64,000 nucleotides of DNA from a candidate division WOR-3 bacterium (GCA_965648905.1 CBFGIT010000001.1:1-64000), one strand, 5' to 3'; positions 28,624 to 38,609 are shown, counted from the stretch's first letter. Made by a program: numbers and translations. The notes: a model not told the origin generated them from the letters alone.

Positions 28624-31600
28624 ATGCACGGCAAGTACCTGGTCATCGCACTGCTTCTGGCCGTGCTGGCCGTGCTGGTCGTCGGCCTGACCCGGCTCGA
28701 ACAGCGCCGGTCTCGGCCCGTGGTCGTGATAGCAGCCCAGCCACCACCGCCCCCCTTCGAAATCACCGCGACCCGCGAGGAACTTGCGGCCCGGGCCGCT
28801 CAGGCAAAGGTCTTGTTCCGGTGCGCGGGCGACGAATTTGAGCACCTGACGACTGCGAGCAGCCTGCGCGGCGAGAAGCGTGAGGCCTGGCAGAAGTTCT
28901 TCGCGGCCGGCGTCAACCTTGGCGTTGCCCTGCCCGGCCACTATCCGACCGAGTTCGGCGCCACGTTTGAAGACTACTCCCGCTGGCTGTGCCAGATGGG
29001 CGACGTGAGGCTGAACGTCCTCCGCACCTACACCATTCTGCCGCCTGAGTTCTACCAAGCGCTGGCACAATACAATTTCAACCATTCGGACCGGCCGGTA
29101 TACCTTATCCAGGGTGTCTGGGCTGAGCCCCCGGCGTCGGGTAATCTCTTCGAGCCGGGATACACCGATTCACTCAAACGGGAGATATGCAACGCTGTGG
29201 ATGTCGTCTTCGGCCGTGCGGTTCTGCCCGAGCGGGCAGGCCATGCCCACGGCGCGTATTCGGCCGATGTGTCGGCGTTCACCCTCGGTTTTCTCTTCGG
29301 TCGCGAGTGGGAGAGTGAAGTGGTCCGGCATACTGATACCGTCAATGCGACGGTTCGCCGCTACGAAGGGCGCTTCATCGGCATGCCGGTCGGCAGTCCG
29401 ACCGAGGTCTGGCTTGCCGGCATGATGGACTACCTGACAAGCTACGAGGTGCTCACCTGCTCGACCATGCATCCGGTTGCGTTCGTCACCTGGTTGCCGC
29501 TCGACCCGCTCCACCATTCGACCGAGTACACGAGTCGCGGGCGCCCCGGTGACCACGACAACGACCTGGTCGTCCTCGACCCGATGCACATCCAGACCAC
29601 ACCGGCGATGCGGGCCGGGGTCTACGCCGCCTACCATGTCTACCCCTACTACCCGGACTACATCTTTCTCGAACCGGCCTATCGCAACTACCGCAACCGC
29701 CACGGCGAGCCCGACAACTATGCCGGGTACCTGCATTACCTGAAGCAGCACCATGCCGGCATGCCGCTGGTCGTCGCCGAGTACGGCGTACCCTCGGCGC
29801 GCGGCAACTCACACCACAGCGGCCTAGGCATGGATCACGGCGGCCACAACGAGGAAGAACAGGGACAACTCAATCTGAGGATGCTTACCGCCATCTATGA
29901 CGAAGGCCTGGCCGGCGGCATCGCGTTTTCCTGGCTCGACGAATGGTTCAAGCGCAACTGGCTGGTCGACGATTTCGCGGTTCCGGCCGACCGGGTCCGG
30001 CTCTGGCACAACGTCCAGAACCCGGAGCAGTGCTTCGGTATGGTGAAGTTCGGTCGTGAGCTCGTTGCCCTCGACGGCCGGACCGACGACTGGCACGGCC
30101 GACCGTACGCCCGGAGTGACGCGACCCTGCTGCGCGCCCTGTGGCTTCAGGCCGACGAAGAATATCTCTATCTCCGGCTCGACCTGAAACGGTCCCCGGA
30201 CTGGTCGCACCAGCGGGTCGGCATCGCCATCGACACCTACGACCCGCGCCTCGGCAACACCCGGCTCGGACCGGTCGGCCTCGAGTGCACCAACGGCACT
30301 GAGTTCCTCGTGCTGCTCGACGACACGAACCGGGCCCAGGTGCTGGTCGACAGCGCCTACTCCCTTTTCTCTGACCCGACCTCGCCGGTCGAGCCGCGCT
30401 ACCGCACGCTGGCCGGCAACGACGGCAGCTTCATCACCCAGCAACTGATGAACAACCATCCCCGGTTCACCGCCACCGGTGAGACAGTCCCGGCACAGGT
30501 GACCGAGTATGGCCGGCTGGTCTTTGGCCGCTCGGCCGACAACTCCCTTGCTGACTGGTACGAGCGGTATGGAATCATCGAACTGCGCCTGCCCTGGGGA
30601 GTGCTGTCCGTTTCCGACCCCTCGTCGTTTCAGGTCATCCAGAATGATACCCTGACCCCGGGCATTGAGAGTGCGACCACCAATGGTTTCGCCTTCTCGG
30701 CGTTCATCATGCACGATACGACCACCGGCGCTACTGGGCTCGTTTCATCTCTGCCGGCCGCGACCGGAGCCCGACTCGGCTTTACCCGTCGCTGGCGCTG
30801 GTCCGGCTGGGAGATGCCGCGGTGTGTCGAAAGATTGAAGCAGGGCTATCATGTGTTTGCCGCCGGGCTGGCAGGGATTACGGCCGACTCTGCTCTGCGG
30901 CGGACAAGCCTCGACCGCCTTGCCGGCATCAGCACCAAAGGCATCGTGGCGCGCATCGCCCGGTTTCGCGACGATGCGCCGCTCGCGGTTTCCCTTACTT
31001 TTGACGACGGCTCCTATGACCTCTTCACCAACGCGCTTCCGTTCCTTTCGGTCTACGGATTCAAGGCGAACTTCGGGCTCGTGTCCGACTGGACCGGGCC
31101 TGACGCCGACTGGCACACGGAAAAGAATGGCACCTCGTTCAAGCGCTTGGGAATACCTGAGGTCAAAGCGCTCCTGGCTGATGGCCACCGCGTGTCGGCC
31201 CACGGCGTGTCGCACGAGCCCGACGAGATGAGCGGCAACGCGGCCGAAGTACTCGATGTCGTGCGCTCATCCAAGGCCGCGCTGGAGCAGGCACTCGGCA
31301 CGCCGGTGAGAAGCTTTCACTACCCCTACAGCGTGGTTCGGCCCGAGAACCTGGCCGCAGTGCGCCGCAGCGGGTTCTGGTTCGGCCGCACCGCCGGCGA
31401 CCGGCATAACATTCCGGCCAGCTTCGACCGATTCCTGCTCACGAGCTTTGCGTTCTACAACGACACCCTGCCCGACCTGGCCGGGCTCGTCCGTATCCTC
31501 GAACAGGGCCGCGGTCAATGGACGGTCATGCTCCACCATCATGTCCTCGACTCGACTGCGCCCGAGCTTGCGACCATGGCCCGGCACGGCGTGATTCATA

Positions 31601-31935
31601 CTTACTCGGTCACGCCGCTGACCTTCGGCCGGCAGATGCGACTTGTCCGCAACAGCGGCGCCTGGGTTGGTCCGCTTGAGGAAGTGGGCCGCTACCTGCT
31701 CCAGTACCGAAAGGCACGGCTCGACCTGCGCCAGTCACCGCAGTCGGCCACGCTGCGCATCGACGCTGCGGCCCGAGACCTGCCGCCGGTACCAATGACG
31801 GTCGTACTCGAGATTCCGTGGCACTGGGTCCGGGTCACGGGTTCGTTGGCTGACGGCACCTATTCGCCCTATGCGGGCCGGTTGTCGCTCGATGTCCTGC
31901 CCGGCAAGGATGTGAATCTGAGCCGCGCCGACTAG
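28624..31935 (+). CDS. Glycoside-hydrolase-like TIM barrel fused to a CE4 polysaccharide deacetylase
   Basis: N-terminal anchor; F.AGVNLG, RTYT, GREWE, YHVYPYYP, AEYG, F.W.DEW.K; C-terminal SLTFDDG, AH..SH, F.YPY. Confidence 0.75.
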   Translation: MHGKYLVIALLLAVLAVLVVGLTRLEQRRSRPVVVIAAQPPPPPFEITATREELAARAAQAKVLFRCAGDEFEHLTTASSLRGEKREAWQKFFAAGVNLGVALPGHYPTEFGATFEDYSRWLCQMGDVRLNVLRTYTILPPEFYQALAQYNFNHSDRPVYLIQGVWAEPPASGNLFEPGYTDSLKREICNAVDVVFGRAVLPERAGHAHGAYSADVSAFTLGFLFGREWESEVVRHTDTVNATVRRYEGRFIGMPVGSPTEVWLAGMMDYLTSYEVLTCSTMHPVAFVTWLPLDPLHHSTEYTSRGRPGDHDNDLVVLDPMHIQTTPAMRAGVYAAYHVYPYYPDYIFLEPAYRNYRNRHGEPDNYAGYLHYLKQHHAGMPLVVAEYGVPSARGNSHHSGLGMDHGGHNEEEQGQLNLRMLTAIYDEGLAGGIAFSWLDEWFKRNWLVDDFAVPADRVRLWHNVQNPEQCFGMVKFGRELVALDGRTDDWHGRPYARSDATLLRALWLQADEEYLYLRLDLKRSPDWSHQRVGIAIDTYDPRLGNTRLGPVGLECTNGTEFLVLLDDTNRAQVLVDSAYSLFSDPTSPVEPRYRTLAGNDGSFITQQLMNNHPRFTATGETVPAQVTEYGRLVFGRSADNSLADWYERYGIIELRLPWGVLSVSDPSSFQVIQNDTLTPGIESATTNGFAFSAFIMHDTTTGATGLVSSLPAATGARLGFTRRWRWSGWEMPRCVERLKQGYHVFAAGLAGITADSALRRTSLDRLAGISTKGIVARIARFRDDAPLAVSLTFDDGSYDLFTNALPFLSVYGFKANFGLVSDWTGPDADWHTEKNGTSFKRLGIPEVKALLADGHRVSAHGVSHEPDEMSGNAAEVLDVVRSSKAALEQALGTPVRSFHYPYSVVRPENLAAVRRSGFWFGRTAGDRHNIPASFDRFLLTSFAFYNDTLPDLAGLVRILEQGRGQWTVMLHHHVLDSTAPELATMARHGVIHTYSVTPLTFGRQMRLVRNSGAWVGPLEEVGRYLLQYRKARLDLRQSPQSATLRIDAAARDLPPVPMTVVLEIPWHWVRVTGSLADGTYSPYAGRLSLDVLPGKDVNLSRAD

Positions 31936-32190
31936 CCGGTTCTCTGCCAGACTCGGGAACATGGCTGACGGGCCAGACGGGCGCAACCTGGGTCTGGGCA
32001 GGACCAACTCTCGTCCTCAGTTCATTAGGCCTCGGTTCTACCCAATTTATAACGAGTCTTATACAGGCCATCAGCCCGAATGCCTCGTCTAACTGACGAG
32101 TTGATAAGAAGATACGATGAACGGCGCATCCCGTCCTCCTGCCTTCCCGGTACTATCTGACACAGCATCGGTCATGTCATCGTCCAACCC

Positions 32191-32500
32191 ATGCTGCACG
32201 CGAATTCCAGTGCGACCCCAACGGGCGAGGCGCAACGCATGCTGTCCAGTATCATGCTGACCATGCCACCTGCGGTTCCAAAGAGCACAGCGCCCCGCAC
32301 CCGGCATTGCGCCGGCACCTGCACCCGAAACGCTACGGCCGCCTCCGCTCGTAGCCGCATCAGCAGCAGCACGGCTGACGACGCGCTGAAATCCAAAGGC
32401 CGACTCGTGCCGAGCCCAGATTGTGTGTCGCCGGCTTCGTCATTGTGCAGACGTGAATTGCGGCATAGCCTTTTCTGCACCTGCAGTCTGGCGGTACCGT
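32191..32500. repeat. Degenerate 12-bp-periodic tract
   Basis: Cut into 12-mers from 32191, 24 of 26 units start with a purine and most end in NSC/NSG. Confidence 0.5.
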
Positions 32501-32534
32501 GGCCGGTGCGGCAGCAACGGCCGCAGTCTATCTC

Positions 32535-32562
32535 TTGACCTTTTGTTGGCCGCGGCTACGAT
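32535..32562 (+). promoter_or_regulatory. sigma70-like promoter, leaderless
   Basis: TTGACC-N16-TACGAT, GTG 5 nt downstream. Confidence 0.55.
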
Positions 32563-32567
32563 GGCCG

Positions 32568-33881
32568 GTGGTCAAGCACTTCGCCCCGGTGCTCAAGATC
32601 CGCAACTTCGCACTGCTCGTTTCAAGCGCCAGCGTTTCCCAGTTCGGAGACCGGTTGACCCACATGTTGCTGATTACGGTCATCGGCGCCACCCGGCCGG
32701 GCAGCCTGCTGGCGTTTTCTGCCGGGTCGCTTGTCTTCATCGTTCCGACCATGGTTCTTGCACCGCTGGCCGGGGTGCTGGCCGACCGCTGGGACAAACG
32801 CCGGGTCGTGTTTCTGGCTCACTTCGCCCAGTCTGCTCTGCTTGTGGTTGCCGCCCTGCTGATTGCCTGGTCGGGAAGCTTCGCACCTTTCTGGGTCGCC
32901 CTGTTTCTGTTCTTCGGACTGGACGTGTTCAACAACACCGCTCTGCCTGCGCTTGTACCCGGGATTGTTGCCCGGCGCAAGCTGCTCTTGGCCAACTCGG
33001 TGAATCTGACGTTTGGCCGGGTCGCAACTATTCTCGGCATGGTTGCGGGCGGGTTTCTGCTCCGCTGGACCGGCTGGAAGTACGGGATGTTCATCAATGC
33101 GTCTACCCATCTCTGCGCCGGGCTGCTGGCATTCTCCATGTCCGGCGGTACGCGAAAGCGGGGACAGTCCCAAGGAGCGCGAGAACGCGCGGGACCGGCC
33201 CGCCTGCGCGCGACGCGCGGGCAGGCCCCGCTTTCGACCGGCTTGGCCGGACTGGTGCGCGATTCGGTCCGACGACTGGTCTTTGACCTGGCCGAGCTGG
33301 TTCGGGTCGTGGCCGTGAATCGGGTGGTCGCGTTCGTCATGGCTTCGGTCGTTGTCGCCACGTTTGTCTCTTCGGTTTCGTACACCGTGCTCGTGTTCGT
33401 GGTCCAGCAGGTACTCGGACTGGGCACTGCGGGCGTGGGCCTGGCCGCCGGGGTCATGGCGGTCGGGATGGTGGCTGGTGCCGCGGGCATGGGTCTGCTC
33501 CGGGCAAGGGTGAACCGGCCGATGGTTGTGGTTGTAGTCATTGCCGGGTATGGGCTGTTGTTCCTTGCCGGCCCGCTGCTGCTCTCGATTCCTTTTGTCG
33601 TGGTTGTCGCCCTGGCTGCCGGAGTGATGTTCTCTTTGCTGGGCATTGTGCAGAACACGATGCTGCACGAGACGGTCGAGCCCGAGGTTCAGGGCCGGGT
33701 CTTCTCAACCCGGGAGTTCGTGGTCAATCTGACGTTTCTTCTGAGCACGCTTCTGGTCGGCGCACTCGGCGACCTGACTTCCTATCGGGTGGTCTTTGTT
33801 GTTATCGGGCTGGTCTTGACCGGGCTTGGTGTGCTCGGCTGGTTTGCAGCCCGGAAACTGGGACGGGCCGGGTACGGATGA
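32568..33881 (+). CDS. MFS transporter (H+ antiporter-like)
   Basis: RNF.LL....VSQFGD, AGVLADRWDKRR, L..ANS, QGRVFS; about 12 TMs; start placed after promoter. Confidence 0.88.
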   Translation: MVKHFAPVLKIRNFALLVSSASVSQFGDRLTHMLLITVIGATRPGSLLAFSAGSLVFIVPTMVLAPLAGVLADRWDKRRVVFLAHFAQSALLVVAALLIAWSGSFAPFWVALFLFFGLDVFNNTALPALVPGIVARRKLLLANSVNLTFGRVATILGMVAGGFLLRWTGWKYGMFINASTHLCAGLLAFSMSGGTRKRGQSQGARERAGPARLRATRGQAPLSTGLAGLVRDSVRRLVFDLAELVRVVAVNRVVAFVMASVVVATFVSSVSYTVLVFVVQQVLGLGTAGVGLAAGVMAVGMVAGAAGMGLLRARVNRPMVVVVVIAGYGLLFLAGPLLLSIPFVVVVALAAGVMFSLLGIVQNTMLHETVEPEVQGRVFSTREFVVNLTFLLSTLLVGALGDLTSYRVVFVVIGLVLTGLGVLGWFAARKLGRAGYG

Positions 33882-34710
33882 TGGTGTTGTCAATCAGACG
33901 GGTGCTGCCGAAGCGGACTGCCAGGGCGATGAGGACCCTGCCTTTGATTCGGGCTACGGGCCTCAGTTCGTCAGTGTCCACCAGCTCGATATAGTCAATC
34001 CGGCCGCTGGACCGGCGCTCGATAAGCCGCCGCATTGCCGCCTTGATTGTCCCGGGTCGCTCGACCCCGCGCCGAACCATCTTGCGGGCAAGGACAAGGG
34101 AGTGATACAGGACCGGTGCTTCGGCCCGCTGAACCGGAGTGAGATAGGTGTTACGCGAGCTCATGGCCAGACCGTCCGGCTCGCGCACGGTCGGCACGAT
34201 AACGAGCTTCAGGTTGTAACCCAGGTCGCGAACCATACGCCGAATGACAAATGCCTGCTGCGCGTCTTTCTGGCCGAACACGGCAACATCGGGTTGCACG
34301 ATGTTGAGCAGCTTGGCAACGATGGTTGTCACCCCGCGGAAGTGGCCGGGCCGGGACCGTCCGCAAAGGCCTTGGGTGAGTCGTTCGACTTCGACAAAGG
34401 TAGCATATCCGGCCGGATAGACGTCGCGGACAGTCGGACAGAAAAGGATGTCGGCGCCGGCCTGCTTAAGGAGCGTGCGGTCACGGGCAACGTCGCGGGG
34501 ATAGCGCTCGTAGTCCTCGTTCGGGCCGAACTGAGTTGGGTTGACGAACAGCGAGACGACGACAAGGTCGGCGTGGCGACGGCATACCCGGACCAGTTCG
34601 AGATGGCCTTGGTGCAGGTAGCCCATGGTCGGGACCAGGCCGATGCGGCCGCGGCAGCGTAATGCGCGGGAGCGGCGCTGCATCCCGGCAACCGTTCGAA
34701 CAACAATCAA
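33802..34710 (-). CDS. panC: Pantoate--beta-alanine ligase
   Basis: VPTMGYLHQGH, FVNPTQF, RPGHFRGV, FGQKDAQQ, DGLAMSSRN, RLIDN; TTG start inferred. Confidence 0.95.
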   Translation of the reverse strand: MIVVRTVAGMQRRSRALRCRGRIGLVPTMGYLHQGHLELVRVCRRHADLVVVSLFVNPTQFGPNEDYERYPRDVARDRTLLKQAGADILFCPTVRDVYPAGYATFVEVERLTQGLCGRSRPGHFRGVTTIVAKLLNIVQPDVAVFGQKDAQQAFVIRRMVRDLGYNLKLVIVPTVREPDGLAMSSRNTYLTPVQRAEAPVLYHSLVLARKMVRRGVERPGTIKAAMRRLIERRSSGRIDYIELVDTDELRPVARIKGRVLIALAVRFGSTRLIDNTIIRTRPVPVSGLQTSRAHQARSRPAR

Positions 34711-34714
34711 GGCT

Positions 34715-35554
34715 TCAGGGCTGTCTGGAGGGCGGGGTGTGGAAAGTATGTTCTTCGTCGGGAAAACGTCCACAGCGGACGTCGTCGCAGTAGCGTGCGA
34801 CCGCAGACTCGATTTCCGGCCCGAGCCGGGCGTACTGGCGCACAAACTTGAGCGGCGGGGAGTCAGACAGGCCGAGCATGTCCTGGAGTACGAGTATCTG
34901 GCCATCGCACTCAGGTCCGGCGCCGATGCCGATTACCGGAATCGCCAGCTCCTTGGTCACCCGGGCCGCGGCCTCGGCCGGCACCTTTTCGACTACGATT
35001 GAGAAGCAGCCGGCGGCCTGCAGCTCTTTAGCGTCGGCAACAAGCCGGTCCTGCTCCTCGAGGCGGCGGGCCTGGAGCCGGTAGCCGCCCAGTTGATGGA
35101 CCGACTGCGGCGTCAGGCCCAGATGTCCCATGACCGGGATGCCGAGCGTGACCAGGCGCTGGACCGCAGGGAGAACCGGGCCCGCGCCTTCGAGCTTAAC
35201 CGCCTGCGCACCGACCTTGAGCAGCCGGCCGGCATTGTCGACCGCAGACTCAAGAGACACCTGATAGGAAAGAAAAGGCATGTCGGCCACAACCAGGGCC
35301 CGAGCCACGGCCGAAGCCACGGCCCGCGTGTGGAAAAGCATCTCTTCCATGCCGATGGGTAGAGTCGTTTCCATGCCGTGCCAGACATTGGCCGCCGAGT
35401 CACCGACAAGAATGAGGTCAACCCCGGCCTGGTCGAGAATCCTCGCGGTCGGATAGTCGTAGGCGGTGAGACAGGCGAGTTTCTCGCCCCGTCGCTTCTT
35501 ACGGACCAGCTCGACCGTGGTCAGTCGTTCTGGTTTCTGCTCGTGAGTTGACAT
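34715..35554 (-). CDS. panB: 3-methyl-2-oxobutanoate hydroxymethyltransferase
   Basis: LTAYD, LVGDS, ADMPF, VKLEG, GHLGLTPQS, IGIGAG..CDGQILV. Confidence 0.96.
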   Translation of the reverse strand: MSTHEQKPERLTTVELVRKKRRGEKLACLTAYDYPTARILDQAGVDLILVGDSAANVWHGMETTLPIGMEEMLFHTRAVASAVARALVVADMPFLSYQVSLESAVDNAGRLLKVGAQAVKLEGAGPVLPAVQRLVTLGIPVMGHLGLTPQSVHQLGGYRLQARRLEEQDRLVADAKELQAAGCFSIVVEKVPAEAAARVTKELAIPVIGIGAGPECDGQILVLQDMLGLSDSPPLKFVRQYARLGPEIESAVARYCDDVRCGRFPDEEHTFHTPPSRQP

Positions 35555-35576
35555 CGTGCCGTGCCCTGGTGCAGTC

Positions 35577-36209
35577 TCATCCCCGGCTGCGCGGTGAGTA
35601 GAACCGGCGTCCGGTCTTGGTCGTCTCGATCGCCCGGAACAGCTCTTCGAAGTCGTCACGGTTGGTGACAATGTCAAGCCGCTCGGTATTGACGATGAGC
35701 AGCGGGGTTGAGTCGTAACGCAGAAAGAAATGGTTGTAGGCATCGGCCAGCCCGGCCAGGTAGTCATAGTCGATTGCGACCTCAAACCGTTGCCCACGCT
35801 CGCGGATTCGAGCCATGAGCACGTCAACGTGCGCCTGGAGGTAGATGACCAGGTCCGGCCGCGTCACCTCGGCAATCAGTGCCTGGTAGAGCCGTTCGTA
35901 CAGAGCGAGCTCATGGTCGGTAAGGTTGTAGGCCGCGTAGATGCGGTCTTTCTCGAAGAAGTAGTCGGTGACAACGTTCTGGTCGAACAGCTCGGGCTGT
36001 CTGAGCTCCTGCTGCTGCTTGTGGCGCGCAAGCAGGAAGAACACCTGGGCCTGAAACGCATAGCCGCGCATGTCGGCATAGAACCGCTCAAGGAACGGGT
36101 TCTCTTCAGTTGCTTCCAGAATCAGGCGGGCATCAAGACGCTTGGCCAGCAGTTGAGCCAGGGCGGTCTTGCCTGCGCCGATCGGCCCCTCAACCGCGAT
36201 GTACTTCAT
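35577..36209 (-). CDS. Deoxynucleoside kinase
   Basis: EGPIGAGKT, NPFL..FY, PDLVIYL, RI..RG. Confidence 0.9.
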   Translation of the reverse strand: MKYIAVEGPIGAGKTALAQLLAKRLDARLILEATEENPFLERFYADMRGYAFQAQVFFLLARHKQQQELRQPELFDQNVVTDYFFEKDRIYAAYNLTDHELALYERLYQALIAEVTRPDLVIYLQAHVDVLMARIRERGQRFEVAIDYDYLAGLADAYNHFFLRYDSTPLLIVNTERLDIVTNRDDFEELFRAIETTKTGRRFYSPRSRG

Positions 36210-36679
36210 CAGGTGACCACCCGCCGCACACCGCTGGTCCCGGTCTGTGCCAGGAGGGCCTGCACCGAGAGACCGAGCCGGGGATGGCAGAGCTCTGGTG
36301 CCAGCTCGGCCAGGGGCACGAGTACGAAGGGCCTGGTGTGCATGCGCGGGTGAGGCAGAACCAGACCGGGCAGGGCAAGGACCGAAGATTCGTAGAGCAG
36401 CAGGTCGATGTCTATCACCCTTGGACCCGGGCCCGGCACACGACCAAGACGCTGTTCAATCGCTTTGGTACTTTGGAACAGGCCCTCAGGCGCAAGCCCG
36501 GTTGTCAGTTGGACCACGCCGTTCAGGAACAGTGGGGCACCCGGCATGTCGACCGGCTCGGTCTCGTACCAGGACGAACGCCGGGTCTGGCCCAGGCTGC
36601 CGAGCTCGAGCACGGCTCTTTCAAGGGTGGCCTGACGGTCGCCAAGGTTGGCGCCCAGGCCCAGATACGCTTCGGCCAT
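36209..36679 (-). CDS. folK: 2-amino-4-hydroxy-6-hydroxymethyldihydropteridine diphosphokinase
   Basis: YLGLG.NLGDR, YETEP, GPRVIDIDLL, LPHP.M..R.FVL.PL. Confidence 0.94.
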   Translation of the reverse strand: MAEAYLGLGANLGDRQATLERAVLELGSLGQTRRSSWYETEPVDMPGAPLFLNGVVQLTTGLAPEGLFQSTKAIEQRLGRVPGPGPRVIDIDLLLYESSVLALPGLVLPHPRMHTRPFVLVPLAELAPELCHPRLGLSVQALLAQTGTSGVRRVVT

Positions 36680-36685
36680 GAACTA

Positions 36686-36713
36686 AGAGTAGACAGCCGG
36701 AAGCAACTGTCAA
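36686..36713 (-). promoter_or_regulatory. sigma70-like promoter of folK operon, leaderless
   Basis: TTGACA-N16-TACTCT, ATG 6 nt downstream. Confidence 0.6.
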
Positions 36714-36719
36714 ACCCGG

Positions 36720-36929
36720 CTAGGACTGCTCAATCGGCCGGACCTTGAGGGCCCTCGGGCCACGCGGCGTGTCGGTCGTCTCGAACTGAACCCGCTGCTT
36801 GGGTTCAAGCGGCCTGTACTCCTGGCTGACCAGGTCGCCGAAGTGGACAAACACTTCGCGGCTGCCGTCATCCGGGGCGATGAAGCCGTAACCTTTCTGG
36901 GCATCGAACCACTTCACTGTTCCAGTCAT
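36720..36929 (-). CDS. Cold-shock domain protein
   Basis: GTVKWF...KGYGFI, VFVHF. Confidence 0.92.
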   Translation of the reverse strand: MTGTVKWFDAQKGYGFIAPDDGSREVFVHFGDLVSQEYRPLEPKQRVQFETTDTPRGPRALKVRPIEQS

Positions 36930-36958
36930 TCGGAGGTGTGCCTTTCGGTACAGCGCCT

Positions 36959-37034
36959 ACTCTAGACGACCGGCCCGCGAAGTCAAGAACTGCCTTCGGC
37001 GAACGGTTGACCGCTCACGGCCCGCCCCTATAAT
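36959..37034. promoter_or_regulatory. Back-to-back sigma70-like promoters (csp and nnr)
   Basis: Minus strand TTGACT-N16-TAGAGT (36986-36959); plus strand TTGACC-N16-TATAAT (37007-37034). Confidence 0.6.
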
Positions 37035-37043
37035 CTGACCTGT

Positions 37044-38609
37044 ATGATGCAGCGTATCGTTACCACCGAAGAAATGAAGGGAATTGACCGTCGGGCCACG
37101 ACCAGTTGGCACATTCCGGGCATGGTCCTGATGGAGAATGCGGGCCGCTCAGTCGCCGATGCAGTTGAGCGCACATTCGAGAACCTTGCCGGCCACGCGG
37201 TTCTTGTAGTCTGCGGCAAGGGGAACAACGGCGGCGACGGCTTTGTCGCGGCCCGTCATCTGGCCAATCGTGGGATTCTGGCTCACTGCATCCTGCTCGG
37301 CCGGGCCAGCGAGCTGCGTGGTGACGCCCGTGCCAACTACGATATCCTCGTTGCCGGCGGGGCTGAGGTTACCGAGCTCGACTCGGCCGATGACCTTGTG
37401 CCGGCTCTTGTTCTCCACACGGTTGTGGTCGACGCCATCCTCGGCACCGGCCTGGACAAACCGCCCCGCGGACTTGTTGCCCAGGCGATTGAGATGATTG
37501 ACGGTGCCGGCCTGTTCACGGTCGCGGTCGACGTTCCGTCCGGTCTCGATTCGACCACTGGCGCAGTTCCGGGCGTTGCCGTCCATGCCGACCTGACCGT
37601 GACCATGGGCCTAGCCAAGACCGGGCTCTGGCTCTACCCGGGCCGCGAATACGTCGGTCAACTCGAACTGGCTGACATCGGCATTCCGGCGCCCCTGCTT
37701 GATGGCGGCGACACGTTCCTGCCTGATGACGAGGCGGTTGCCGAACTGCTGCCGCAGCGCACCCGCCACGGTCACAAGGGTACATTCGGTACCTGTCTTG
37801 TGGTTGCCGGTTCCCAGGGATTCTCCGGTGCGGCGTCTCTTGCCGGAGCAGCCGCGGTCCGCTCCGGCTGCGGTCTGGTTCGACTGGCGATTCCGTCCGG
37901 CATCGCGCCAATCGTCGAGGCGCGAGTGTTCGAGCCGGTGAAGCATCCGCTGCCCGAGACCAGCCTCCATACCATCTCGTCGGATGCAGTTCCGCTCGTG
38001 CTCGAACTTGCCCGGTCGTGCGACGCGATCGCGGTCGGCCCGGGCATCGGCACGAGTGATGAAACCCGCGACTTCCTGCTTCAGCTCCTTCCTGAACTGG
38101 ATAAGCCGGTTGTGCTCGACGCTGATGCCCTCAATATCGTCGCCCGTAACCGGGACGTGCTGCGCAGAGTCCGGGCACCGGTTGTCCTCACGCCCCATCC
38201 CGGAGAGTTCAGCCGGCTTACCGACCTTGCGCCGGATTCAATCAATGCCGACCGCATCGGCATCAGCCGCCGGTTCGCCACTGAAAACGGCGTCGTGCTG
38301 GTGCTGAAGGGTGCTTCGACCGTGGTCGCCGGCCGCGACGGCCAGGTCATCATCAACCCGACCGGTAACTCCGGGCTGGCTTCCGGCGGCACCGGTGACG
38401 TGCTCACCGGGCTGTTGGCCGGTCTGCTTGCCCAGGGCATGAAACCGCTCGATGCCGCGACTGCTGCGGTCTATCTCCACGGCCTTGCGGCCGACATCGC
38501 GGCCAAAGATACCACCGAGTACTGCCTCGCTGCCGGCGACCTGCTCGCATTCCTGCCCGACGCCTTCCAGGCGGTCCTCCGTCGTCCCTCTGAACCGCTC
38601 GACTCCTGA
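37044..38609 (+). CDS. nnr: Bifunctional NAD(P)HX epimerase/dehydratase
   Basis: LMENAG, CGKGNNGGDG, D.PSG, HKG.FG, VLDADAL, LTPHPGEF, GGTGDVL. Confidence 0.93.
   Translation: MMQRIVTTEEMKGIDRRATTSWHIPGMVLMENAGRSVADAVERTFENLAGHAVLVVCGKGNNGGDGFVAARHLANRGILAHCILLGRASELRGDARANYDILVAGGAEVTELDSADDLVPALVLHTVVVDAILGTGLDKPPRGLVAQAIEMIDGAGLFTVAVDVPSGLDSTTGAVPGVAVHADLTVTMGLAKTGLWLYPGREYVGQLELADIGIPAPLLDGGDTFLPDDEAVAELLPQRTRHGHKGTFGTCLVVAGSQGFSGAASLAGAAAVRSGCGLVRLAIPSGIAPIVEARVFEPVKHPLPETSLHTISSDAVPLVLELARSCDAIAVGPGIGTSDETRDFLLQLLPELDKPVVLDADALNIVARNRDVLRRVRAPVVLTPHPGEFSRLTDLAPDSINADRIGISRRFATENGVVLVLKGASTVVAGRDGQVIINPTGNSGLASGGTGDVLTGLLAGLLAQGMKPLDAATAAVYLHGLAADIAAKDTTEYCLAAGDLLAFLPDAFQAVLRRPSEPLDS

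Noticed and set aside
32172..32538. Overlapping ORFs on both strands
   Set aside because: No motifs or RBS; by-products of periodic DNA
33802..33881. Convergent overlaps MFS/panC (80 bp) and mgtE/cstA (32 bp)
   Set aside because: Simple stop-codon run-on, common in compact GC-rich genomes
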